Shown here: in pieces, positions 1-12,098 of the stretch
Layout: each line of letters opens with the position of its first letter
How positions within the stretch are numbered: position 1 is the stretch's first letter
Source: Octopus vulgaris
Lineage: Eukaryota
Reading direction: 5' to 3'
Length of the DNA: 64,000 nucleotides
Assembly (NCBI GenBank): GCA_951406725.2
Contig: OX597831.1
Span: 24,800,001 to 24,864,000 of the forward strand
Notes under the pieces: model-generated
Databases searched by the model: none
What the model was told of the DNA's origin: nothing
The model's input: only the letters and a program-made list of their open reading frames with translations
Translations under genes and position numbers: made by a program

Positions 1-106
1 AAGTTAGTACCAGTAGAGCCCTGGGCTTGATATAAATGATTAATTCCCTTCTCCAAAATTGCTGGCTTTGTGTCAAAATTTGAAACCAATATCATAAGTT
101 CTTTAA

Positions 107-323
107 GATGGCGAGCTGGCAGAAATGTTAGCACACCGGGTGAAATGCTTTGCAGTATTTCGTCTGTCTTTTCGTTCTGAGTTCAGATTCTGCAGAGGTC
201 AGCTTTGCCTTTCATCTTTTGGGGTCGATAAATTAAGTACAAGTTGCATACTGGGGTCGATCTAATCGACTGGACCCCTCCCCCAATATTTTGCACCTTG
301 TGCCTAGAGTAGAAAAGAATATT
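107..323 (+). mobile_element. tRNA-derived SINE, family B (Meta/MESC-like core)
   Basis: Head GGCGAGCTGGCAGAAATGTTAGC, box-B-like GAGTTCAGATTC and core GCCTTTCATC..GGGGTCGATAAATTAAGTAC. Flanked by direct repeat TAAGTTCTTT (95-104, 325-334). More than 15 related copies in the window. Confidence 0.85.
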
Positions 324-619
324 GTAAGTTCTTTGTACAGAAACACTTTTGCTAATGTTGGTCATGATGGGAATGGCAAACAGTCTAAAAAGAGCCATGA
401 TTGTAGTGTTAATGTCAATAACGACACTGTCTGCTGCAAGAGGGTTGAACTAAAAAAAAATCCTATTCTTCCTCATATCTGGAGATAAAATAGATCTACA
501 TTATAAATTTACAAATTAATAGACTTCAGCCATCGTAATCCATGCAATAAAGTATATTTCATTTCATTCTACACCATCATGACACTTGGACTAACACTAT
601 ATTGATGGCTACTTTATTC

Positions 620-927
620 CACAGTTTTCAATTTCTTTCTCTCAACCCTCTCTTCTCTTACTTCTTTCCTTTTATTTCTTCATTTATCCCCTCCCTCCTT
701 TCTTCTATTCTTTCTTTTCACATTTCCTTTTCATTCCTCATTGTCTTCTTCCAATCCTCTTTTCCTTCTTTCTCTCTCTCTTTACTTCATTCTATTTAAT
801 CATTTCTTTCTCTTGTTTATTCCTTTCTTTTTTATTTTTGTTTCTGTCCATCTTTTATTTTTTACACTTCATTCTTTCTTTCTTTATCTTTATCCCTCTA
901 TTTGATTTCCTCTCCAGTTCTTCCTTA

Positions 928-962
<35 letters not shown>

Positions 963-966
963 TCCT
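620..966. repeat. Polypyrimidine low-complexity tract ending in (CTTT)n
   Basis: Directly visible C/T-rich tract. Confidence 0.85.
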
Positions 967-1219
967 TCAAAATATTTCCAAGCTGCTGATCGCCAATCCA
1001 CCAACATTTATTGATAATGGTAGAATATTTAGTAAGTTTCGCTTCTGCATCACAAAATCATTGAGCTGAAGTTTAAATGATACACTTTCATTCTGAATAT
1101 GTTTGCAGAAAGTATCGCAATGGACTTGCATGTGTGCACATATATGCTTGCATCTGTTCAAATAAATGCATATGTATTGTATGCATAATGCATATATGCA
1201 TCTGAATTTATGAAAGAGA

Positions 1220-1266
1220 ATATATATATGTATGTCTGTGTGTGTATGTATATGTATGTGTATATT

Positions 1267-1311
<45 letters not shown>

Positions 1312-1768
1312 ATGTATATGTATGTATATATTTATATATATATATACACACATACATACATACATACATATATATATATATCAATATACATATACATATA
1401 TATATATGTGTGTGAATATGTGTGTATGTATGTCTGTGTGTATGTATATATTTGCACATAACACAGACAGAAATTTTAAGAGTAAACTAGCCAAATCTTT
1501 GGTTTTATCTGAGGAGACAGACAGCACTGTAGCTCTCTTCAGAAGTTTATTACCATTAAAACAATGGCTGGAGTTATATGAATTATTTATTGTTTGAATA
1601 CAGCATATGGCAAGGCGGGCTGTATGTTTATGACAACATGTATTCGTGAAATATTTATAATAGTAATAATAAATATGAATAGTATCAATGATATCCCACT
1701 AAAGTACAAGGACACACATTTGTTAGAGACAGGTCGATTGAATTAGATGACTTGGTATATTCATATGT

Positions 1769-1805
<37 letters not shown>

Positions 1806-1814
1806 CACATATAT

Positions 1815-1863
<49 letters not shown>

Positions 1864-2021
1864 TATATATATGTAATCACACACACATGTTTGTATGTAT
1901 GAGTATATGTACATGTGTGTATGTATGCATACATAAGTGTTTGTATGTGTGTGCATATGTATATGTATATATATATATGTGTGTGTGTGTTTATGTATAC
2001 GTGTTTGTATGAATGTGTGTT

Positions 2022-2097
<76 letters not shown>

Positions 2098-2100
2098 TAT
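1220..2100. repeat. Two compound (TA)n/(TG)n/(CA)n microsatellite blocks (about 1220-1450 and 1765-2100)
   Basis: Dinucleotide runs; source of the YIYI/CVCV ORFs. Confidence 0.95.
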
Positions 2101-2467
2101 TCTCGACTCCAGGGGGATTTTGATTGGTTCTTAGGATAATGACATGGTTTCTGACTGTTTGAAATATTCATTCTAACTTTTCATTTACAGTGATGATAAT
2201 AATAATAACAATTTCTAACATAAGTTTATCGCAAAAAATTTGATGTTGGTGGTGGTGGTGCTGGTGATGGTGATGATGTCAGTCATATAAATAAAACCCA
2301 GTAGTTGAATGTCATGTTACTTTAATGACCTTCAAAAAGTGACAGGTAAAATTGACCTTAATAGGATCTGACTTCAGGCTATAAGCTCAAAATATACGAA
2401 AGCAAAATCCTCAGCACATAGAATATTGAAAATTTTATATGAAGTGTATAACAAATCATACACACAT

Positions 2468-2521
2468 ACAGACAGATTGAAAGACAGACAGACAGACAGA
2501 TAGAGAGATATACAGACAGAC

Positions 2522-2610
<89 letters not shown>

Positions 2611-2762
2611 TAGATATGGAAGAGAAACATGGGTTTGAGTGTTACTGAAGAGGTTATAGGAGTGTGATGAAAGATTTCAGACAAAGGGCACTAAAATAAG
2701 GACAATAATAAAGCTGAAGAGAAGGCTGAATATATACATAGTGTGTGTGTTTATTTGGCAAC

Positions 2763-2820
<58 letters not shown>

Positions 2821-2938
2821 GATATATACATAGATATAGATATATAAATATATATATATATTAGTTATAGATATATACATAGATATAGATATATAAATAT
2901 ATATATATATATAGTTATAGATATATACATAGATATAG

Positions 2939-2981
<43 letters not shown>

Positions 2982-3040
2982 TAGTTATAGATATATACAT
3001 AAATATAGATATAGAAATATAGATATACATATGTATATAT
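2468..3040. repeat. (GACA/GATA)n tract (2468-2617) and (TA)n tract with about 50-bp higher-order units (2765-3040)
   Basis: Directly visible; the unit GTTATAGATATATACATAGATATAGATATATAAA recurs. Confidence 0.9.
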
Positions 3041-3119
3041 ATCTTGTTATATTTGAGGATGGTCATGTTTTTTCCGTTTTGCCAAATAAACACACACACA
3101 TCAAATATATATTTGTGAA

Positions 3120-3410
3120 GGTGCATGGCTTAGTGGTTAGGGAGTTTCACACACGATTGCAAGATCATGGGTTCAATTTCCAGACTGGGTGTTGCGTTGT
3201 GTTCTTGAGCAGAACATGTAATTTCCTATTGCACTGCAATCATTTCAACATCTAACATGTAGCACCTGTTACACCTGTACAGGTAATGTCGATCTGATGA
3301 AGGGAGTGAGCTTATGTCTACACAAACATGTGATCACTATAAACAAATCATCTTTGTGCTTGTTCGGTAAGAAATTGTCAAACCTTCATACATCGTCTAA
3401 TGACAGGAGA
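3120..3410 (+). mobile_element. tRNA-derived SINE, family C variant
   Basis: Box A TGGCTTAGTGG, box B GGTTCAATTTC and CORE-like GTGTTCTTGAGCA; related to 37673-37990. Confidence 0.7.
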
Positions 3411-3417
3411 GTACATC

Positions 3418-3451
<34 letters not shown>

Positions 3452-3464
3452 ATATAGGTTGCCA

Positions 3465-3672
3465 TTTCTATTAAAGGCACAAGGTTTGAAATTTAAAGGG
3501 GTGGGGACAAGCTAATTACATCAATCCCAGTACTCAACTGGTACTTTATTTCATCAATCTTGAAAGGATGAAAGGCAAAGTCATTCTCAGCTGAATTTGA
3601 ACCCTGAATGTAAAAATAGACGAAATATTTCTGAGCATTTAGTCTGGCATGCTAATGATTCTACCAGCCACA
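3465..3672 (-). mobile_element. SINE family B, diverged
   Basis: Reverse complement of the family B core (GAAAGGATGAAAGGCAAAGTC, GAATTTGAAC). Confidence 0.75.
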
Positions 3673-3759
3673 ATCTCATTAGTAATATAATAACAGTAAC
3701 AAAAATAATTAACATTAGTATTCAATATATCTTTTTTGTTTTGCATTTTTTTTTACTGC

Positions 3760-4140
3760 ATTACTAAACCTTGGGCACATGTAGTGATTTGGTTTTTAAC
3801 TCCTGATGTACTGAAAGCTCACTGCATATTGCACTTGTAGTAATTGACTATTTTGCTTTCTGTATGTTGTGCCTATTTTTTAAGTTCTAGAGTTTTGGTT
3901 ACATTTTTTCCTGAATGAGTTTTTTTAAGAATCATCCCTAAAGTATTCATCATTATAATAATTGTTCCAGCTTTCAATTCCCTACTTCTGGTTTTTCTCT
4001 AATTTTCTCAAACATTTTATTTTGGATAATTCTTCCATTTCTTTTAGAGTTAGTTACACGATCATCTGTTGCAGCTGATTAAGTGTTACTTTCTTTGGTG
4101 ATCCTTAACAACAATGTCTTAATGGTTAGCCATGTTTTCC
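3760..4140 (-). pseudogene. Old Dong/R4-like LINE 3-prime fragment (RLE endonuclease region)
   Basis: Minus strand gives a broken ANH*DIVVKDHQRK...TDD...LKEMEELSK. This resembles the RPDIVV..KEMEKLSKY motif and the better copy at 18490-18872. Confidence 0.5.
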
Positions 4141-5582
4141 ATCATTCTTTACTGGCTGTGTTTGAATTCAGAATCTAGAAGCAGAAAACTAAATTTACTC
4201 CACTCACCTTTCACTTCACCCTAAGCCCTCACCTGTCTATAACTTAAAGCTGGATTCAAGTATAAGTGTTCTCACAGACAATAAGGATAATTAAGATGAT
4301 GATTTATGGCAACATTTCTTAATAGATTATAGTATTGATTAGGGCTCAAAGGTGAGTAATTATTTTGAGTACTCAATTTTTCTAGCCTTTGACTCATTGC
4401 CAACCATGAATTATTATTATTATCAGTTTTATGATAATAATGATGATGATGATAATGACAATAATAAGGATAATAATAATTAAAAAAATATTAAAATATT
4501 CTAAACAAATAAAATAAAAATTCCTAGATTATCTCATGAAATAATTCCACCTAAATTGAAAAATCAATAATCTGCTGAAATCTCCTGTAATCAATAAACT
4601 GTTGTGATAGAAAAAAAAAAGGTGAAAAATCAATGTCGGATCAATCAAATAACAGTAAATAGAAAAAAAAATTGCTTGCTAATGACGGGAAGATAATTTC
4701 CAACTTAAATAATAATTATTTATTTCTACATTTCTTTTTAACTTTTTTTTTGTTTATCATTATTCATGAACATTATCAGCATCAGTATCATCTTCACCAT
4801 CATCATCATTTCACATCTTTCCGTGTTGGGTGAGTTACTATAGCCCAAGGCTAGTTCTTTCAGGATCTACAACTCTTACTCACTGGTACGTGTACATTTC
4901 ATTTTAACTTCTAAGGCTGGATGCCTTCACTGTCACTAACCACTTTACAGAGTGTATCGAATGCTTTGCCTCATGGCACCAACACTAGAGAGGTTTACAT
5001 GTCCTTGGTAAGACTAGACAACATTAAAGGGTTTTCTCAAACCTGCACTTTATCTGCTCATTTGCAAGACAGACTTAAAGGAACCTCTTAATCTTGCTTT
5101 TACACTTATTGTTCACCTGTATCTCTTGAGCAGTGTTTCACAATCAGGTTTTATATGGCTCTTGAGGATCCATATAAGATTTTGTTGTTTAAATACATAT
5201 ATGTGCAAGAAATTGCTGATACTTCTGCAATACTTATTATTATTTCTTTTAAATACAATTCCCTAATAATATCTAATTATAAAAGTCTAATGTGATGTCT
5301 TTTTATATACACTTTTTATATACATTTATTGATTTATAGCCCACTGTATTGGTAGCCAAGGAATTATAATCTCATGATACTCTAAGATTAAATATATAGG
5401 AATATGAGCTTATATGTGTGCGTTGTGTGTGTATGTATGTAGACACAGGTGTGACTCAGTGGTTCAGAACCTTGTTTCCTAACTGCATGGTTCCATGTTC
5501 AGTCCCACTGTGTGGCATCTGGGACAAGTGTCTTCTACCATAGCACTTGGCTGAAAGAAGTCAATCTGGTGTGTGTACATAC

Positions 5583-5626
<44 letters not shown>

Positions 5627-5827
5627 GCATATATATATACATATATATAATAATAAATATTAGGGAATAAATCCAAATTTACAGGGGAAAAATCAGATTT
5701 AGGATTAAATCCAATTTTATAGTAAAATATTATAAAATATTATTAGAGACAAAACCACTATTTTGCAAAACAAACAAGGAAAGACTTAATCAATACATAA
5801 AATTTTAATAAATAGTCAAAAAAACCG

Positions 5828-5870
5828 CCACTACAATTGTTTCTTGTCTTGATCGACAATCTTCAGGTGG
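5828..5870 (-). ncRNA. Minimal type I hammerhead ribozyme (mirror copy)
   Basis: Exact reverse complement of 5942-5984. Confidence 0.8.
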
Positions 5871-5941
5871 ACTTCCAATTTACAAGTCAGTTTCAAATTA
5901 TGAAATTTTCATAATTTGAAACTGACTTGTAAATTGGAAGT

Positions 5942-5984
5942 CCACCTGAAGATTGTCGATCAAGACAAGAAACAATTGTAGTGG
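5942..5984 (+). ncRNA. Minimal type I hammerhead ribozyme
   Basis: CCAC-CUGAAGA-UUGUC gaucaa GACAA-GAAA-C aauu G-UA-GUGG. Stem I CCAC/GUGG, stem II UUGUC/GACAA, palindromic stem III CAAUUG, GUA cleavage triplet; all core nucleotides intact. Confidence 0.8.
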
Positions 5985-7218
5985 CGGTTTTTTTGACTAT
6001 TTATTAAAATTTTATGTATTGATTAAGTCTTTCCTTGTTTGTTTTGCAAAATAGTGGTTTTGTCTCTAATAATATTTTATATACATATATATATATATAC
6101 ACATACATATATACATATATATATATATATTACGGCACCTGGCTTAGTGGTTAGAGTGTTGCAATGAGTGGCTATTGATGTCAAGTAAAGAAAAACAACA
6201 GGAATCAAAGATGTCCATAGGCAAAACAAAGCATGGTTGAGAACCACAGTTCTAGAGGTTGCACCAGAGAGTGGAGAAAAGTGATTTCACTGTGGTACCA
6301 GCACAAGAAGAATTGCTTTCTACATTGTACAAAGAAGATAATGAATCTGTGGAAAATTCGTTTCTTGTTTGTTGTTTCCGGGCCAATAAAAGAAATCATT
6401 ATTATTATCGTGATCAGTATTATCGTTATGTTTGTTAATATTGCTGTAATTATTATTATTGGTTGAGGATGTTGTAAATGTGTATCAATTTCTAGTGTTG
6501 TCCTTTAAGAGATGGTTCCATCACATTATTGAATCACTAGGGTGTTTATCTCATTAGTGTTAATGCCATGACCAGGGTTGAAACTGAGATAAAAAAAATA
6601 AAACATTACTATTAATGCAACTGGAATATGACCAACAAGGGAAAATATACTATTCTTTTCTTTATGGTTACAGTCTGATCAAATTTTTTAGCACTGAATC
6701 ATTTATGCAATTTGAGGACTTTCATGTGTGCATGTGTGTGTGTATGTATATATGGGGGGTCATTATTTATTTATTGTTAATTACACAGGGCTATGTGTAC
6801 AGACATTTATTACTTTATTGCCCACTATATTGGTAGCCTAGTAATTATTATCTCAAGCTACTTCAAGGCTAAATATATAGGAATATGAGCCTGTATGTGT
6901 GTGTGTGTGTGTGTGGACTCAGGTATGACTGAATGGTTCAGAACTTTGCTTCCTAACTACATAGTTCTCGGTTCAGTCCCACTGTGTGGCACCTAGGATA
7001 AGTGTCTTCTACCATAGCCCTTGGCTGAAAGAAGGCTATCTGATCTGTGTGTGTGTGTATATATGTATGTATGTATGTATGTATGTTTGTATGTATGAAG
7101 GCATGTGGCTTTGTGGTCAGGCTGTTGCACTCCCAATTGCGAGATATGGGTTTGATTCTCAGACTGGGCTTTGTGTTGAGTTTCTACGCCTATATATATA
7201 TATATATATATATATATT

Positions 7219-7526
7219 TAATCATGTCAAAGGGAAATGGAATTTAATTAAAATTAAAACATTCAATCAAAATTTACATTTCCAGTGGTCTAACGTGCAA
7301 AAAAAATTAGTCAAGAAGACTATATATTAGTCATACAATATAGTGTATATTTAAACACATAAGGAATCCACTTATAGGGAATCCAACACGCTAGAAAGAA
7401 CAGCTAGGTTCTGTAAACCACAAAAATAACAGAGAAAATTTGACAGGAATAAATTTGGAAATGAAAAACATATTTTTGTGGTTTACAGAACCTAGCTGTT
7501 CTTTCTAGCGTGTTGAATTCCCTATA
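7219..7526. mobile_element. (TA)n-embedded repeat with terminal inverted duplication (PLE-like architecture)
   Basis: 56-bp inverted arms 7373-7428 and 7471-7526 (1 mismatch, 42-bp spacer). A second diverged copy lies in opposite orientation at about 11670-11897. Confidence 0.55.
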
Positions 7527-7649
7527 TATGTATATATATACAGATAAAGGGTGAAATATAATTAATTTAATAAAATCAACAAATTTCACCTAGTAGTATT
7601 TCGGTATGGAAAAGGACCATATTCGGTAAAACCTCTAGAATATGGTCCT

Positions 7650-7687
<38 letters not shown>

Positions 7688-8234
7688 GGTTATGGAGGAA
7701 GGTGATGTGGTGATGTGCTCAAACCTTGCTTGATACTGCTCATGTGTTATCTCTTTGACTATGCTGCATTACTTTAGTGACTGGACAAAAATATATAGAT
7801 TCCATTCATTCTCCATATTCAAGTAGTATTTTGGAATCGTATCCAACCAGATTCAAAAACAATTGTTCCCAACAAATAAGTAATTCTATGCATGTAAGTA
7901 TGGCAAAATAAATACAAAATATCAAATGCATATCCATATGTGTGTGTGTATGATTAATTATTATTTATATAATAATAACAACTGTAATAATATAGTCTAA
8001 TATATCTACAATTGATTTCAGTATTTTCTTTAGAATCTTATACATTTGTAGTAGCTCCGTTATTAATGTTGTGTGTGTTTTCCATTACATAAACTAACAA
8101 ACACATTGAGCTGTATTTTGATTTGCATCATTAGAATTACCTTTAATTCTGTCTTTATCAATCTATCTGCTTGTTAATCTGTCTGTCTCCCTGTCCCCCA
8201 CCATTTTTTTCTTTCTGTCTCTATCTCTAAGTAT

Positions 8235-8249
8235 ATGTCTGTATGTATA

Positions 8250-8304
<55 letters not shown>

Positions 8305-8337
8305 ATATAGGTATATATATATATATATAAACATATA

Positions 8338-8387
<50 letters not shown>

Positions 8388-8426
8388 CATATACATTTAC
8401 ATATATGTATATATATATATATGTAT

Positions 8427-8460
<34 letters not shown>

Positions 8461-8571
8461 GCACATACATATATGTATGTGTATTATATATATATTTATA
8501 TATGCACATACACACACATATATATATATATATATGCACATACATATATGTATGTATATATATATATATGC

Positions 8572-8627
<56 letters not shown>
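8235..8627. repeat. Compound (TA)n/(CA)n microsatellite
   Basis: Directly visible. Confidence 0.95.
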
Positions 8628-9213
8628 AATGTTGTGAGTGCTGGGGTATGGTCCAGCGTTCCAGTGTTCAAAAGTTTGCTTTACAATCAGGAAGTTCAAT
8701 TTGGCAGCATTGATGTTAATAAAAATGTCCTTTGCCATAAGCTTTGTGTTGAACCAAGCCTTCAGATTAAAGCTGGACAGATGCAAACATGCGTTGGAGA
8801 GTGAACGACAATGCATGCATGCACGCGTGTGTTTGAATGCACTTTATTCATATCAGGCTTTGATGCTCACAGTTTACTCCTGCCACTAATTTCAGTTGCT
8901 TGCACATATGTATTTAGTGAGGCAACAAATGAATATATATATATATATATATATGCACACATATACACACATATGCACATACACACAGTGGCAGGAACGG
9001 GTTTTAGTGATATTGAATATTCTGTATAAATAATTGTAATAATAATAGTAGTTTTTGTTTAGATTTAGGTCAGTTTCTGATTGAGCAAACCTATGACCAA
9101 AGACTCTCCTTCACTGACCATCCCATCTTTTTTAGACATGCTGTAACTAGGATTACATAATTCAATGCCTGATCCTTCTTTCTTTATGTCAGTGGGTATG
9201 TGATTTATTCTTG

Positions 9214-9608
9214 CTCTTTACTCTTTTACTTGTTTCAGTCATTTGACTGTGGCCATGCTGGAGCACCGCATCTAATCGAGCAAATTGCCCCCAGGACTTA
9301 TTCTTTGTAACCCTAGTACTTATTCGATCGGTCTCTTTTTGCCGAACCGCTAAGTTATGGGAACGTAAACACACCAGCATCGGTTGTCAAGCGATGCTGG
9401 GGCGACAAACACAGACACACAAACACACAAACATTTACATATATACGATGGGCTTCTTTCAGTTTCCGTCTACCAAATCCACTTACAAGGCTTTGGTCAG
9501 CCTGAGGCTGTAGTAGTAGACACTTGCCCAAGATGCCACGCAGTGGGACTGAACCCGGAACCATGTGGTTGGTAAACAAGCTACTTACCACACATCCACT
9601 CCTTCACC
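9214..9608 (-). mobile_element. tRNA-derived SINE, family A (CORE-like; probably the octopus OR-type family), full length
   Basis: Reverse complement of GG.GAGTGG.TGTGTGGTAAG..GGTTCAGTCCC..CTTGGGCAAGTGTCT..internal (TA/TG)n..GAAACAAGTAAAAGAG. About 20 copies in the window. Confidence 0.9.
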
Positions 9609-9774
9609 TATACCACACAGCCACTCAGTCAATATTTGTTTGTTATTTCTTGCAAGTCTATTGGTGACATAGCACATCCAAAGTATTACATCTTGTACCT
9701 ACCTTTTCTTTTATTGTCTAGTCCTTCTTCAATTATAAGCTGTCTAGAATTAGGCCCATTTGTTGAAATCCATA

Positions 9775-10238
9775 TGCGTGGCTGTGTGGTAAGTAGCTTG
9801 CTTACCAACCACATGGTTCCGGCTTCAGTCCCACTGTGTGGATCCTTGGGCAAGTGTCTTCTACGATAGCCTCAGGCCAACCAAAGACTAACAATAGGAC
9901 AAAATTTATTATGTTTACTCTCAACCGAAGTAAGGTCCTATAACATCACTACCTCCTCCTGGTCCAATAAAAAAAAATTTGATAGACAGAAACTGAAAGA
10001 AGCCTATCGTATATATGTATATATGTATGTGCATTTGTGTGTCTGTGTTTGTCCCCCCAACATTGCTTGGCAACCAATGCTGGTGTGTTTACGTCCCCCT
10101 AACTTAGCAGTTTGGCAAAAGAGACCGTTAGAATAAGTACTAGGCTTACAAGCAATAAGTTCTGAGGTCGATTTGATTCAACTAAAGGCAGTGCTCCAGC
10201 ACAGCCACAGTCAAATGGCTGAAACAAGTAAAAGAGTA
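9775..10238 (+). mobile_element. SINE family A interrupted by a foreign insert of about 90 bp
   Basis: 5-prime part 9775-9887, insert 9888-9977, 3-prime part 9978-10238. Confidence 0.85.
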
Positions 10239-10616
10239 ACTGCAGCAGATTTGAACACACAGCCTATGGAGTCATAGTCAAATAGTTTATCTACTCGGCC
10301 ACTCTACTTCTTACCAGTTTGCCTCTGTAGCAAGAACAGTTATTTCATTTCTTCATCGATTAGTAATAATAACAGGAACATCAATAGAAACAATTGCAAC
10401 AACAACAATAATATCAAGAACAAGATGTTGGTTTATAGCCAATTTTTAGTGACATAAAAGGTGGTGATGGTTCAGTGAATTTTGGGATCCACTTCAAGAC
10501 AGCAACTTTCATTGTTGGTAGCCCTTTGGTGAGATGGTTGCTGATTCTCGTAAATGTTGCTTTTAATGGTATGGTCTAATAGTGTGTGAGAATTTGTGAT
10601 GAGAGAAAGAGTGAGG

Positions 10617-10653
<37 letters not shown>

Positions 10654-10759
10654 AGAGAGGGTGAAAGAGGATGTGTGTGAGAGAAACTGAAAGCCCCATG
10701 AGGTCAAGGTTTTTAGTTGGGATTTTAACTAACAGAGCTGAATTGAAATATATATTTAA

Positions 10760-10980
10760 CCCTTTAGTGTTCGCATTATTCTGCCAAAATTAATCCTTTT
10801 TTATCCACATTGTTTTGAACTAATCAGCTATTATCTTGTAGCTATGAGATTTTGATGAGGTAGCTGTTAATTTTTAAGATGACATTGTAGGGTTGGTGTG
10901 AGAGACCAGATCTGGCCTGTTTGAACATAAAACAGGCAGAATACTTTTGGCCGGATATGGCCGGTTTAAATGCTAAAGGG
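10760..10980. mobile_element. piggyBac-like MITE
   Basis: TTAA|CCCTTTAG ... CTAAAGGG|TTAA termini and TSD. Confidence 0.8.
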
Positions 10981-11517
10981 TTAAACCCTTTCTCACTCTG
11001 TATCTCATCCTTACAGTATCTTTCTCTTTCACACACGCATGCACACACACATGCACGTGCATGCATATACAAGTGACCTATAATTAAAGACAACCCTGTT
11101 ATGACCATCTTGTCTAAGATTCCATGATCCCATGAATATATTTCTATTTCCTAAAAGTAGAAAATTGCCTTTATAATTAAAGTGTGAATTTTATTGTTCT
11201 TGTTGTTGTTGTTGTTATGTAGCCCTTGGTCAGTAATGATCCAACAGTCCTGTGATCAAATATGTTACAACCATAACCATTCCTGATATTTTGTGACTTT
11301 TACCAAAAGTGCTATTATAAGGAAAGGGTACTTCAGGAATGAATATAATTTGTTGTAGATGTCAGTCAGTTAAATAAGCAGTAGGATAGAGGATGCAGTA
11401 AATTTGGTAAAGGATTTGCATCTCCCATCCATGAATGAAGTAAATAAAGCTATTGTGATCCATCAGGCAACAAGAGAATTTTTTACTGAAAGTACCTTTT
11501 GCTGGCATGGGTTAGAC

Positions 11518-12098
11518 CAGTGTTTCTCAATGTTTTGCCCTAGCATAATCTTTGAAATAAATTACATGTCTCAAGGAACCACTGCACAAAAGAAAAATGA
11601 TATACCATATCTTTCTCATATTTTTTCATCGTAGTTCACATGGTGAATATCATATTTATATATATATAGTTTTTATTTTTTCATTTTGTTCCTTTCGGGA
11701 TTTTATCCCTAATTTTGTGGTTTTATAACCTAGCTGTTCTTTCTAGCGTAATGAACCCCATGAGTGAAGTCCTTATATGTTTAAATGTACACTGTATTTT
11801 ATGAGTAATATATAGTCTTTGGACTAAATTTTTACACGCTAGGCCACTGGAAGTGAAAATTTCCATTAAATTCCATTTCCATTCGATATGATTAAGATAT
11901 GATAAATATGGGTGTTATATTTTTTTGACAACATAGTAGGATGATGTCTATATTACAATAAGCAATAATATGTTGTGCAAATATTCTAATATTACAATCA
12001 TGAAATTAGCATTAGCTTATCTCACTCTTTCTTGGGGAACCCCTAAGAACATTTTGTGTAACCGTAGGGTTGCAAGGAATCCCAGTTGAGAAACGCTG
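11518..12098. mobile_element. hAT (Charlie-type) MITE
   Basis: TIRs CAGTGTTTCTCAA / TTGAGAAACGCTG; 8-bp TSD GGTTAGAC (11510-11517, 12099-12106). It splits a family D repeat and contains a copy of the 7219-7430 element. Confidence 0.85.

Larger units (their letters stand above)
5656..6081. mobile_element. Penelope-like terminal fragment with inverted duplication, inserted in (TA)n
   Basis: Perfect palindrome 5731-6081 (175-bp arms, 1-nt centre at 5906) carrying a hammerhead motif. Homologous segments at about 45795-46022 and 48070-48255. Flanked by (TA)n on both sides. Confidence 0.7.
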
